A stretch of 64,000 nucleotides of DNA from Octopus sinensis (GCF_006345805.1 NC_043005.1:64232001-64296000), one strand, 5' to 3'. Positions 43,775 through 56,004 are shown, counted from the stretch's first letter. Notes: generated by a model not told the origin, from the letters alone. Made by a program: numbers and translations.

Positions 43775-44520
43775 GTATAGGTACAGGACATCACCAACAG
43801 TGCAAATAATATGAAATGCGTAAACAAACGAGCGAAAAACGAGTGAAATACGTAAACGACGAGAAAAACTGGAAAACAGGACAAGTAAGCACAGAGAAAG
43901 GGCCCTTCTCTTGTCGTTGAACACTCGAAATGAGTAGAAAGACAGCTGACAACTGATGAAGGGCCCTTTCTCTGTGCTTACTTGTCCTGTTTTCCAGTTT
44001 TTCTCGTCGTTTACGTATTTCACTCGTTTTTCGCTCGTTTGTTTACGCATTTCATACTTGTCCTTCAACGACAGTTGCTCCCATAAATTCTAAAATAAAA
44101 TCTAGGATTTAGGATTAATGGAGAGTCAAAGTTGGGAACAAAAAAATGACAGTGCAAATATGCAAGGAAACCGAACGAAAACAAACATGGAGGATCGTTA
44201 GAGCAGAACGAGAGCAAAATAATGGACGCTGGTAGAAACATTCATTTTTTTCTGAAAAGAGAGAAAAGATAGAAGAGAGAGAAAAAACACTTCGTTCTTT
44301 CAAACATCTGTACTGGAAAAGAAAGCTGGTCACCTGAGGAAAAGAAAGATGGACGAGAGAGAGAAAAAATAGAAAGAGGGGAGAGAGAGACAGATAGAAA
44401 ACGGTGAAGGAAGGAGGTGGAGAAAATGGGAATTAGAGACGGATGGAGAAGAAAACAGTATAGAGTAGAGTCGCATCAAAAAAGTGAAGATAAACATACT
44501 TCGAAATCGATGCGTCGCGT
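43775..44520 (-). mobile_element. Unclassified repeat (family of 29500-30110) with an internal 99-bp inverted duplication
   Basis: Flanking parts match the reverse complement of 29500-30110; arms 43810-43908 and 43958-44056. Confidence 0.75.
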
Positions 44521-44536
44521 TCAATTAAATACTAAA

Positions 44537-45049
44537 TCTATATATATAAAACTGTAGTTGTGTGAGTGTCTGTCCCCTTCGATTTAGATTCCTAACTACT
44601 CCCACATTTTGCGGTGCAGTTTAACCAAATTCGGGTATCTTATAGTCGTGATTCATATCGAGCCCGTCTGTGTATTAGCGCGCGTCTACAATGAGTCTAC
44701 GATTTTAAAAATAATTTAACATCATTTTTTATTCCATTTTAATGCATAATTTTTCGTGTGTCGATGGCGGCGGAGTTGGCGTCCATGGTCACACCTGCAC
44801 CTGTTTGCTTCTCCCCTTTCTTCCCTCCCTCGTGAAGCTGTGGGGAAGGGAGTGTAAGGAAATCAACGTCGTAAAGCGTTGTCAAGGAGACCAGCATTCT
44901 TTTAGAACAACGACTTCATGGCTTGAAGACACCAAAACAGAAATGGCTAAGAAAGCCCGAATTGGCATCTATAAGGGAGGTAACTCTCTAAAAATGCTTA
45001 TATAGTTATTTCCCTTACAAACCCGAGCAACGCCGGGCGATACTGCTAG
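44537..45049 (+). mobile_element. Non-autonomous Helitron (513 bp)
   Basis: A|TCTATATATATAAAA start, hairpin cccgagcaacgccggg, CTAG|T end, no TSD. Confidence 0.9.
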
Positions 45050-45069
45050 TAATATATAAAGAGGGACAA

Positions 45070-45677
45070 ACATTCAAAACCAAATCTGACTTTGCTTGTG
45101 CCTCGGAAGACCTGATTTATGTTATAAGATGCTCGGGCTGCCACCAAAACTACACAGGGTCCACGAGATTATCGCTCGGACGCAGATGCACTCTGCACCG
45201 ATAGCAGATTGCATTCACAGAATACAGAATGATACCCTTTAATGAACACAAAATCATATGCGCTAAACAACTGCTACCACAATTTGTAATCTTTCCATTT
45301 TATCAATGTGCTATTGGAACACCAACACAAGTTAGATTAAATAAGGAAACCTACTTCATTGAAACATATAAGCCAAATCTTGACCATTTCTAGAATTTTT
45401 AAATAAGGAAACTTACTTCATTGAAATATATAAACCAAAACTTAACCATTTCTAACATTTTATTCTATCAAAACCAAATCATGTTAAACTAACAAAATCT
45501 TATCATTCCCAACATTTTTATTATCTCCCTTATAACGAAAAATCCGTCTACCTCCCCCTGTTTCCAACTCTTCTACAGGGGGAGGTAGACGGATTTTTTC
45601 GTTATAGGGGAGATAATAAAAAATGTTGGGAATGATAAGATCTTGTTAGTTTAACATGATTTGGTTTTGATAGAATA
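45070..45677 (+). mobile_element. Penelope-like element 3' remnant (GIY-YIG) with inverted terminal segment
   Basis: DFACASEDLIYVIRCSGCHQNYTG and FPFYQC..RLNKETYFIETYKPNL; followed by a ~100-bp hairpin. Confidence 0.8.
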
Positions 45678-45871
45678 GATAACACAACAACGGTAAAGAA
45701 ATTTGAATAGAAAATGCGAAACCGGTTATTTCTCCAAAAACAATGTCGGTATACAAAAACATTTTTAGAACATTTTCCTAATGACGATTTTAATATATTT
45801 TTTAACCATATAATACAAATCTTCTATAGTTTTTTTTATTCTATTTTGTTTTATATAATATATATATGGGG

Positions 45872-46170
45872 GCGTCTGACTGACAAATCGCACTCCGTCA
45901 GTTACGACGTCCAAGCCTGCTGGTGAAATTAACTTGCAAGTTACTTAGCACTCCACAGACACGGGTAACCTTAACCTACTTTTCAGCGTGTCAAGAATGT
46001 GACAAGGTTGGCCCTCTGAAATACAGGTACAACCCATTTTCGCCAGCTGAGTTGACTGGAGCAGCGTGAAATAAAGTGTCTTACTCAAAAGCACAACACG
46101 CCGCCGGAAATCGAACTCAGGACCTTATGGCCGTGAGTCGAATACCCTAAAAAGTTAGCAACGCGCCTTC
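45872..46170 (-). mobile_element. tRNA-derived SINE, family C-like head
   Basis: gccagctgagttgactggagcagcgtgaaataaagtgtctt, atcgaactc. Confidence 0.7.
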
Positions 46171-47499
46171 TGACTGATAAGACGCATATCGAAACAACGG
46201 TGTCCCAGAATCCTTTATACTTATGAATACAGTGTTCTATAAACACATATTCGTCATAAAGGAACTGTTCTCCTCTGACGAATACACCACCGATTTGCAT
46301 ATCCGCGTTCGAATCTGCTAATACGTATTAAGAATAAATATGCAAGTCTTGTAGTATATACATATATATGTATACCTCTGTGTGTATGTGTGTGTATATG
46401 TGTGCGGGTGTATCTATCTATTTATCTATCTATGTCTAAAGCTCTAATATAATTTAATATTTCATGAAGTAGAGTTATAACTCTTATTAGGTTACTATTT
46501 CGCAGAATTGATTCCGTTCCGCTTTCTAGAATCTGGTGTAAACTGCTATAACATCAAATAAAGAAAAGCTTACATATTCTTGCAGGAATATACAATGGCA
46601 TATTGTACAGCTCACTGATAATATAACATAATGGAGAAAGAATGTTTTATCTATTCTGCCTTTGACAATCTTGTAAATGGATATTCTTTTACCCAGTTGT
46701 GTTTAGTCAGCAGGAACAGACCCTATCCTTCTACAGTGTCTTGCAGATCAGCAGACAGGAATGGAAAAGTCAAGAATTCTACAATCTCTCCCTAATTTCA
46801 TCACTCATACAATCACGTACTCACGCAATATTTTGTTAAAAGTTCCAGGAGTAATGTTGTTTGGAATGTCTATAGAATGACATCACTACACCTGGAACAT
46901 TTTAATAAAATCATTTACATAATCCAAAAACCACACATTCTACTCACTCTAAATGCAGTTTTATAAATTTTCCAAATCCTATACTCGTGGATAAGAAGTA
47001 GACTTCAGCAATTTTTCAGCTATAATATTTATTGACAATCCAAAGGAACTAACTTAAGTTTATGTAAATTTGTGTTACAACCGCTACCGAAATATATTTA
47101 CATTTAATCCATGATTTCTCATGCATTACGCCAGTCACTTTATAGTGTGCTTTAAATCAGATTGATGTTTAAGCCTTCAGAACATACACCGGTCGTATCC
47201 AGCCAAAATAACCTAGCTGTTTTATCTTCAAACTAACCAGACCTAGGCTCTCATATTTACCCTGTAATATTATTCTAAAAATAAGCAATAACATCATTGA
47301 AATTTCAAAGCTGCAAGATAATGCTTGACAAATTGAAATCAATGTGAATAAATTAGCATTAGATTTGACAGAGAAATCTGAATGCTCAAAGGAGGTAAAG
47401 AAACACTGGTTTAACCCAAACAAGGTCAAATATCTTCTTTTGTGCATTATTTACATTATTTACATTCAACAGATAGTTGTCCTCATCTTGCTTATTGTT

Positions 47500-47545
47500 A
47501 TCACAACGTTTCGGTTGATATACCCTCCAGCCTTCTTCAGGTGTC
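47500..47545 (-). ncRNA. Minimal type-I hammerhead ribozyme motif with mismatches in stems I and II
   Basis: GACAC CUGAAGA A GGCUG..CAACC GAAAC GUU GUGAU on - strand. Confidence 0.6.
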
Positions 47546-47815
47546 TTGGGGAAATTCCGAACCTGGGTTCTCATTCCTAAGGTATTTTTCGATGATGTTC
47601 TTGTTCTTGTTGTTGTTGTTGTTGTTGTTGTTCAGGTCACTGCTTGGAATCGAACTCGGAATCTTGGGATTAGTAGCCCGCGCTCTTAACCCCAAGATTC
47701 CGAGTTCGAATCCAAGCAGTGACCTGAACAATAATAATAATTATGATGATGGTGATGATGATGATGATGATAATAATAATAATAATAATAATAATATAAT
47801 AATAATAATAATAAA

Positions 47816-48367
47816 TGCCCTGATGCAGTACCAGGCAGTGGCTCCCATGGCTTCTGATCTTAACTGATTGGAAGTGTTATCGTGTACATTGTTTTATCTT
47901 GGTACAAAAGATGGGCTACAGCAAATATTCTGCTCAATACCACAGATTTGCTTGTCAGTTGTTTGACCTTAACCAGTTGAGTATGTCCCTTAGTGGCTGA
48001 CGATATGTGCATCTCTGATCACGAGTAGAAGTAGTGGGGGAGCATCATAGCCATGTGTTGAGAGGAATTCTTTGGGGTTTGAATAATTCACACTTAGAAA
48101 TATGAGTGTTTCGTTCAACATCCTTAAACAACCCTGTTTCAGGGACCTTTTGAGCAGGATGGGCTACTCGACCTGAAGAAAATTCTAACTGGGCCCCACC
48201 TGCAAGGTCATGTGCTGTTTATCTTGATATGAAATCATGTCGTGCCCATATGGTTGTGATGCATGTGCCTGGTACACCCTTATCAGACAGGTAGTCATGA
48301 TGGGTATGCTGGGCTTCGTATATTTTACCCCAGTGTCACTTTGATGGTATGCACTGCTCTCTCACTC
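47816..48367. mobile_element. ~550-bp non-coding element in (TAA)n (copy 2)
   Basis: Collinear with 19964-20501; (TAA)n on both sides. Confidence 0.88.
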
Positions 48368-48427
48368 AATAATAACAATAATAATAATAACATCGAAAAA
48401 TACCTTAGTATTTCGAAATTTCCCCAA

Positions 48428-48473
48428 GACACCTGAAGAAGGCTGGAGGGTATATCAGCCGAAACGTTGTGTT
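48428..48473 (+). ncRNA. Minimal type-I hammerhead ribozyme motif
   Basis: Stem I GACAC/GUGUU, core CUGAAGA, stem II GGCUG/CAGCC, GAAAC, palindromic ACGU, GUU cleavage triplet. Confidence 0.72.
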
Positions 48474-48874
48474 AACAACTAACAAGATGAGGACAAATAT
48501 CCGTCGAATGTAAATAATGTAAATAAGGTAAATAATGCACATAATTCCTCAACTCTTAAATATAGAACTGTCTTTTCTATTGTGCATGAAACTTGAGTTA
48601 CTGTCAGAAACCATAGAATTTACATTTTATAAAATCTGTATTAAATAATAGCTGATATAAATGTTTGATGGCTGGCTGATTGATTGATTTCTCTAGTCAC
48701 GCTTTACATAGTACCGAGAGAGAGCAAAACAGTAATAGAGGTGAGAGAATAAAAGAGAGAGTTAACATAAAAGGTGCAGGATGAGTACACATACTAGGTT
48801 TGATGGCAGGCAGTGAGTAAAGGAAAGCTACATACACTCACACACTGTGAGAAAGAACTATAAAGACGGTGTAG

Positions 48875-49147
48875 GAGAAGGGGTGGAGGGGAAGGGGAGG
48901 AAGACGGGGCGAGGCTAGAGGAGGAGGCGAGAAGGATGAGAGCGGAGACAGGAGACGGAAGAGGAGGTAGAGGAGTAAGCGGGGATGAGGAGGAGGCAGG
49001 AGAAGAAGAAAAAGAAAAAGAAGGAGAAGGGGAATAGGAAGAGAAGGAAGAAGAAGAGGAGGTAGAGGAGAGGAAGAAGAGAAGGAGAAGGATGACGTGG
49101 TGGAGGAGGTAGAGGAGGAAGAGGAGGAGGGAGAAGAGGAGGAAAGA
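48875..49147. repeat. Polypurine low-complexity tract
   Basis: GAG/GAA-rich; explains S/P/L-rich minus-strand ORFs. Confidence 0.9.
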
Positions 49148-49381
49148 GCAAATAACAGCATACAAAGATAACATCGTAGAAATAAAGCACTTGTTATAAA
49201 AAGAGAAAAAGACATAAAAATAATTACTATTTGGTAATTTATTCCGAATTTCGTTTTCGCAAATTTTCAATAATGTTTTTGTTTACATTTTGAAATGAGC
49301 TGTCAATTTACAAATCGCTTTTATATGTATCTTGTATGTGTGCGTGTGTGTGTGTATGTGTATGTATATTTATGTACGCAT

Positions 49382-49445
<64 letters not shown>

Positions 49446-50089
49446 GTATATGTGTATGCAGGCATGTATGTAGAGCGAGGGAGAGGTATAGGTCCAGTCT
49501 GATGTCTCACCACCAGTTTTGATTCTCATAACTTTCTGAAAAGTGCACTTTTTTAACGAAATTTTTACAAAAGCTAGCTTTTCGATAGAGTAGGTTGCAA
49601 TTATGTGATTAAATTGACAAGATGTAGAAAAATAACAACATATTTATTACAAATATAAAAACAAGAAATTTGTTTTATTTAATTTATTTAAGATAGTAAA
49701 TACTTCTCTTTCGAAAATTAGTATTCGCATCGTCATTTTGTAATCACAAAATGATAAAATTTTGTAATTTTGTAAATGTTAAATTATGTATAATTATTTT
49801 AAGCATGCCATATATACTGATATTGCCGATGGTGACAAAAGTGTACTTCAAAAGTTACTTGTAGTATGATGGACAACACTTTTGTAAATTCACAATTCTC
49901 AAAAGAACTAAGAGGTTGTTGCTGAACTTATCAACAAGCTAACCATATGTGTGTGAATGTGTGTGTACATGTATATACATATGTATGTATATGTATATAT
50001 GTATATATGTGTGTGTACATACATATATATATACATACAGATGTATATGTATATACATATACATATATGTATATATACATACACATTCT

Positions 50090-50285
50090 AAATGTGACCG
50101 CGTGTGTGCCGTTGGCGATTTTTTCCTCCGTCTTCCCTTTGGATCTTTCCTTTTCCTATGTTTCTGACGAAGAGCTCCGCTCGAAACGTTAAACCCCTTC
50201 TTTCCTGAGCCTCCAATAATACTATACTTGTTCCACGTCCTCGCGTTGTGTTTTCTCTTTGTGTTTTTATGTTTGGATTAACGTT
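50090..50285 (+). mobile_element. ~200-bp PLE pseudo-LTR-like or retrozyme-like fragment between TA-rich repeats
   Basis: Pyrimidine-rich segment around an intact hammerhead motif. Confidence 0.6.
50160..50194 (+). ncRNA. Minimal type-I hammerhead ribozyme motif
   Basis: GUUU CUGACGA A GAGC ucc GCUC GAAAC GUU AAAC; stems I and II fully paired. Confidence 0.8.
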
Positions 50286-50300
50286 ATATGTGTATATATA

Positions 50301-50364
<64 letters not shown>

Positions 50365-50369
<5 letters not shown>

Positions 50370-51105
50370 TTGTCGACTCCTTATGCAGTCTGATCGCCGC
50401 TTGTACTTAACCCTTAGATCCATCATGGCGTCTGATGTGGCTTTTTAAACCTGACACTGTATTGAAAAAACACCCATATTGATTGCGTATCTGTTTTGGA
50501 CCACCAAGAGCTACAGTTAAGTTCTGAGCTTTATGGATCTTAAAATGTATTTTTGAGGCCTCTGTTATATTTGCAGACCTTATAACATACACAGCATTGA
50601 AAGGTTTGCACAGATATATAAGCAGAGTAGTTGGTGTAGGTTCGTTTTTCCTGAGTCCACAAATAAGATTTGAGCCGAGCAAAAGAAAGGCATGGTCTGT
50701 CACAAACTGTGCACACAAAAAGGTCGCTGAGATTCACCTTCTCGATCGCAACATACTTCTGTAAGTTTCTCTTGAGTCTTGCATGTGTTATCTTGGCCTC
50801 CCCAAAAGCTTTCACTCCACTCCACATTTTTATTCGCCATCCAACTCGATCCGAAGCAATGGTTTCTATGGCATTTGGATCCATTCAAAGTGACTTCATG
50901 GTAGTCCTTATGTCGCCCTTAAACCTTTTTTAAGTTTACACCGATTGCGTTTCCCCTCTGCCAGCTCACCATAAAATAGTCGTTTGAGTGTGCGTTCTTC
51001 CGCCGTTCAAACAATATGGCCCGACCATCTCATTTGGTTTTTCAGAATTATTGATCTAATCGAAGTGATTCCTACAGACGCAAAGACATCTGTGTCTGGA
51101 GTAAA
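50365..51105 (-). mobile_element. 5'-truncated RTE-clade LINE (3' end)
   Basis: NQMRWSGHIV, LKRLFYGELAEGKR, ETIASDRVGWR, CTVCDRPC, SGLKSHIRRH; ends against (TA)n. Confidence 0.85.
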
Positions 51106-51110
51106 AAATC

Positions 51111-51640
51111 ATTACATGCTTAAGGTGTGATAATAATTATATTGGCCAAACAGGAATATCACCCGGTCGAAGAACAACTCTCCACAAACAACAAATCCGC
51201 CACCCACAATACAGACAGATACAGGTTAGTGAACACATAGAAAGGTATGCTAGGAATCTTAATCCTAATTTCCTAAGTGTCCCCTTCTATCAATGTTCAC
51301 AGAACACCTCAGCACAATAAAGAATGAATAAAGAGGCAACTTATATCAAAAGATATCTTCCCCAACTCAATGTGAACACATAACATAATACAGAACACTA
51401 CTAACCTTTTAATACCACTAACCCCCATACATCCCATACACCATTCAAATTATAGATCTATATCTACCCTAACAGTACCAAATCCAGAACTACTTACCTC
51501 CCTTACACATAATCTTTTTACTCAGGGGCTAATAGACCTGACACTGTTCATTAATCGATGTGCATTCAGAGCAATGATTAATAAATTTAGGAAACCGGTA
51601 TGCTTTTAACTCTCTTTAACAATTCACAATAATGACTTTT
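51111..51640 (+). mobile_element. Penelope-like element 3' remnant (GIY-YIG endonuclease plus pseudo-LTR)
   Basis: ITCLRCDNNYIGQTG, HKQQIRHPQYRQ, VSEHIE, PFYQC, KE..YIKRYLPQLN; decayed hammerhead at 51571-51603. Confidence 0.85.
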
Positions 51641-51744
51641 ATTACTTTTATTCCTACCTCAGTTCATCTAATTGTATATATAATTGTATATATATTTCCA
51701 ATGTGCATTTTGGTTTATTTTTCTTCTTACTTCCCCCCTGTATG

Positions 51745-51805
<61 letters not shown>

Positions 51806-52752
51806 GTATGTATGATGTATGTATGTATGTATGTATGTATGTATGTATGTATATATATGTATGTATGAAAGAGAGACAGACAGACATATATAGAAGTTTA
51901 AATTATATACATATGTGCGTGTAAATATATATTAGTTAGTATGCTGAAAAACATTGATTACTGAGTAAACTAAACGAACGTTTCATCTTGAGATTTGTTA
52001 AAATAAAATACTCGTAAAATAGTTATTAATGGATTGATCTAGCAGATATGTAAGGAATATAAAAAGGGAAATAAGGCAGAGATATACGATTTTTAAATAA
52101 AAGAATATATATAATCTGAGATTGCTGATCTAGGTTAGAAAACTCGAGAGAAATTACAAGTATATTGAACAAATTTCCTTATTTAGAAAGAAAGGAAGCA
52201 CGTTTCCAAAATAGTCCAATGAAAATATAGGATGTGTTGTGTTACAAATATACGATATACAACGTTGAATAGAGATTAGAAGTCATTGAAAGAAACCTTA
52301 TAAATTTAGAGATGCTGAAGGCAAAGTCAAAGAACAGAAAATATATTATAGTTGAACCGTAAATAACAATTCTTTAATGATTTCGGTTTTATATTGGTAA
52401 TAAAAAAAATCTGTCAACTTTGTAAAATTAAAATCTTTGAAATATACTTTTCGATTTTCTGGATGTGTTTATTCTCGTCCCTAGAACGTTTAAATCGTTA
52501 CAACTTTGTAAATCTTTGATCTACCCTAACAGTTAAATATCAAACACAGTAAATAAGTGTATAACTCATATAACTGTCACACTTATCCTTCACCCCGTGT
52601 AAATTTAGTATAGTTCTTCATAACATTTCTACGTTAACATCTAAATTATTGGATTTATACTTCTATAGTTCAAGTAGATAGACAGATACATATGTGTGTG
52701 TAAGGGGGAGAGAGAGAAAGTGTGTGTGTGTGCGCGCGCATGTTTGTATATA

Positions 52753-52950
52753 CCTTTTATCTTTTACTTGTTTCAGTCATTAGACTGCGGCTATACTGGG
52801 GTACCGTCTTGAAGAATTTTCAGATGAATGAATCAAGCTCAGTACTTATTTTTTCTTAAGCGTGGTACTTATTGTATCGGCCTCTTTTGCCAAACTGCTA
52901 GTTTACGGGGACGTAAACACACCAACACCGGTTGTCAAGCGGTGGTGGGG
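52753..52950 (-). mobile_element. 3' half of SINE family B
   Basis: cttttacttgtttcagtcattagactgcggc, acggggacgtaaacacacc. Confidence 0.8.
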
Positions 52951-53002
52951 AGCAAAGTTGCTGCCAGGTATTCTGTGGCGTATATATTCCGCCACTCCAC
53001 AT

Positions 53003-53044
<42 letters not shown>

Positions 53045-53104
53045 CACACACACACACACACACACACATGCACACATACACGCACACATGCACACAGATA
53101 GACA

Positions 53105-53278
53105 CTGGGCAGGAACGCCAGTCTATCACATTTTTACTCATTTTTGCTAACTGAATGAGCTGGAGTAACGTAATATGAAGTGTTTTGCTCAAGAGCACAG
53201 CGTATTCGTCCGGTCTAGGAATCGAAACCACAATCTTACGATCATGAGTGCAACACTAACACTAAGGTACACCCCTCC
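53105..53278 (-). mobile_element. 5' part of a family C-related SINE
   Basis: Parallel to 56075-56249: aagtgttttgctcaag, ggaatcgaaaccacaatcttacgatcatga. Confidence 0.7.
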
Positions 53279-53405
53279 ACATATACAAATCATATATATA
53301 CACACACATACGCACATATATACACACATATATATATATATATCGATCGATAGATGATAGATAGATAGATAGATACATACATACATACATACATACATAC
53401 ATACA

Positions 53406-53436
<31 letters not shown>

Positions 53437-54344
53437 GTGTGTTTGTGTAGTTATATAAGAGAATATCCTGGCATATCTATATATTTCATAATTATGAAGT
53501 ATATTTATCTATTTTTATATATTCTTGTATTTTTTAATACATAGTTCAGATATTTTCGAGTATTATTTTTTTACAAACTCCATCATTTATATTTTAATAT
53601 TTGTTTTCAATTTTAATCTATTTACTTCATATGTCTATTTATGTGAACATATATAATTATCCATTCCAATATTTTCTATTATAATTCTTTAATAGTTATC
53701 AATTTATTTCATATAAGATACCATACTACCTAGTTATTACCAATTTTCAACACATTCCTCTCTGGTATACGAACGTTAATTTAAAATGCAACCATATTTC
53801 ATACGCCACTCTTATTCTTTATAATTTTAGGTTATTTATTCTGAATTTATCAGATAATATTTGACTTACGTTTATAACTCTGAAATCATTCTGTCTCATT
53901 TCAATTCGATATCCCATTCACACACAACTCCTATTAACATTCATTCGTCGCTATCACACAAATACTACCTAACTATCGTTTACCACTGTAGTCACTTAAG
54001 TATAAATAGCAACCACAAATGGTTAGATTATGTCTACAATTTCAATATCCGTTTTTACTTTTCGTTTCATATGTACTTTTATATAAAAATTGGTTCTATT
54101 TAGTTTTGCACCGTTTAATAAAAATATATACTTCCTTCAAATAGTTAATCAAATTTTTGAAAACATTCCATTTAACCATCCAACTACGCTGCCCACTATT
54201 CCTGGAAGGATCGTGGTGGTAGAGACCTCAGGCACCTCTTCCGAAGGGTCCTATCAGAAGCAATAGTCACTATACTTTCCGGCTAGACTCCTAAGCGGGA
54301 CCGAGACTATGGATATTATACAGCCATCACGTTCTTCATCTACC

Positions 54345-54646
54345 CAGGGGTTCTTAAAGTGGGCGGTACTGCCCTTCTGTGAGCGGTGGAAAGATCAAGA
54401 GGGGCGTTGAAGAACAGTGGGGCAATAATAGAGTGACCAAAAGAGGTGGTGATAGATGTAAACCCCCTCACCACACCCTCTAAAAATAATGGATTAATTA
54501 TGTGAAGTTTTATTTGTGAAATACTGTTGTTTTGAATTTGCTGCAGAAAGTGGTCTACGTTTGTGGTGCTGGATGAAGATGGTTGCGCTAGGAATGTGGC
54601 TCGAGTGTCAAGTGGGCGGCAGCCCGAAAACGTTTGGGAATCACTG
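54345..54646. mobile_element. hAT-type MITE with 8-bp TSD
   Basis: Imperfect TIRs CAGGGGTTCTTAAA and TTTGGGAATCACTG; ATCTACCC at 54338-54345 and 54647-54654. Confidence 0.8.
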
Positions 54647-54678
54647 ATCTACCCCTACATCGGCTGCCGGTTGGTCCA

Positions 54679-54939
54679 TTAAATAAGTACCAGTTACGCA
54701 CTGGGGTCGATGTAATCGACTTAATCCGTTCGTCTGTTTGTTCCCTCTGTGTTTAGCCCCTTGTGGATAGAAAAGAAACAGGTATTTCGTCTGCCGCTAC
54801 GTTCTGAGTTCAAATTCCGCCGAGGTCGACTTTACCTTTCATCCTTTTGGAGTCGATAAAATAAGTACCAGTTTCGTTCGAACTAATCGACTGGCCCCCT
54901 CCCAAAAAAAATTGGGCCTTTTGCCTAGAGTAGAAAAGT
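54679..54939 (+). mobile_element. 5'-truncated SINE family A dimer
   Basis: Tail of a long unit followed by a short-tail unit ending cctagagtagaaaag. Confidence 0.85.
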
Positions 54940-54975
54940 ATATTATATTATATTTATAATGTATAATACATAAAA

Positions 54976-55312
54976 GACGGATTGCTCAGTAGTTAGGTCG
55001 TCGGGCAAACAATCATGAGGTAATGAGTTCGATTCCCGTACCAGGCAGCTGTGTTGTGTTCTTGAGCAAGACACTTTATTTCACGTTGCTTCAGTTCACT
55101 CATCTGTACAAATGAGTTGCGACATCACTGATGCCAATCTATATTGGCTTTGCTTTTTCCCTCCGATAGCATCAGTGGCGTGGAAAGAGGAGGCTGGTAG
55201 GCATGGGCAACTACTGCTCTTCCATAAACAATCTTGTCCGGACTTGTGCCTAAGAGAGGAACTCTCTAGGAGCAATCCTATGGTCATTCATGACCGAAGG
55301 CGGTCTTTACCT
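54976..55312 (+). mobile_element. SINE family C
   Basis: tgctcagtagttagg, gagttcgattccc; body matches the reverse complement of 11105-11408. Confidence 0.85.
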
Positions 55313-56004
55313 TTTTTTAAATATAATATATATTATATATGCTTTTTGTACTAACTTTACATTTTCTCCAATGTACTTTCCCCAAAATCATAGAAAATAT
55401 TTAAAATATCAAGCAACTATTATTTCACATTAATATAATCTCTTTCTTAACACCCATATTTAACCATTTCCAGTATGTTTTCTTCTGTAGCAGTTCTGTT
55501 TTGCTTCTTGTAATGGTATATCCTTTGTAAGAAAACAACCATCTTACCAAATATGTATTTCTCGTTTCGTTTTTATTTTTGCAACCAAATAGTCATATAT
55601 TTGCTTATATCATTTCCTACATCTATTACTTCTATCTTCACATCTCAGAGAGCAATTTGTTCTACAAACGATTAAACAGATAAAGGTATCAGATAGAGCC
55701 ACTTGTTACTATTCGAAAAAGCAGGGGTTTTTCTAACATTCGAAATTTTCATCTTACAATATAGATATATATTGTTGTCATCATAAGAATATATAGACTT
55801 CAAAAGAAAAACAAGAAATAATTATTTTGGGGGAATGTTGGATCTTGAAGCAGATAAGCAGTAAAAAATAGTGTGTAAATATTTTGTTAAAACCCCTCTT
55901 TTGAACAGAAAAAGTCAAAATCTGCCCATAGGATTCGAACTCACATTTCTAGTATATATATAAGAGTCATTCTACGATTGGACTAAAAGAAATAATAAAT
56001 GCGC

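Larger units (their letters stand above)
47440..48570. mobile_element. Palindromic non-autonomous element: tRNA-like head, (AAC/AAT)n, hammerhead-containing tail
   Basis: 47442-47595 is the imperfect reverse complement of 48391-48541; inner arms 47625-47668 and 47691-47734. Confidence 0.8.

Noticed and set aside
43926-43966. Hammerhead built from ctcgaaa..ctgatga in the hairpin loop
   Set aside because: I could not build convincing stems II and III or a cleavage triplet
46440-47440. Possible decayed RT (WFNPNKVKYL resembles a late RT motif)
   Set aside because: Only one weak motif and no recoverable YADD-type core
47641-47725. Functional tRNA gene
   Set aside because: Acceptor stem and 5' A-box are incomplete, and it is embedded in a repeat; the same applies to the SINE heads
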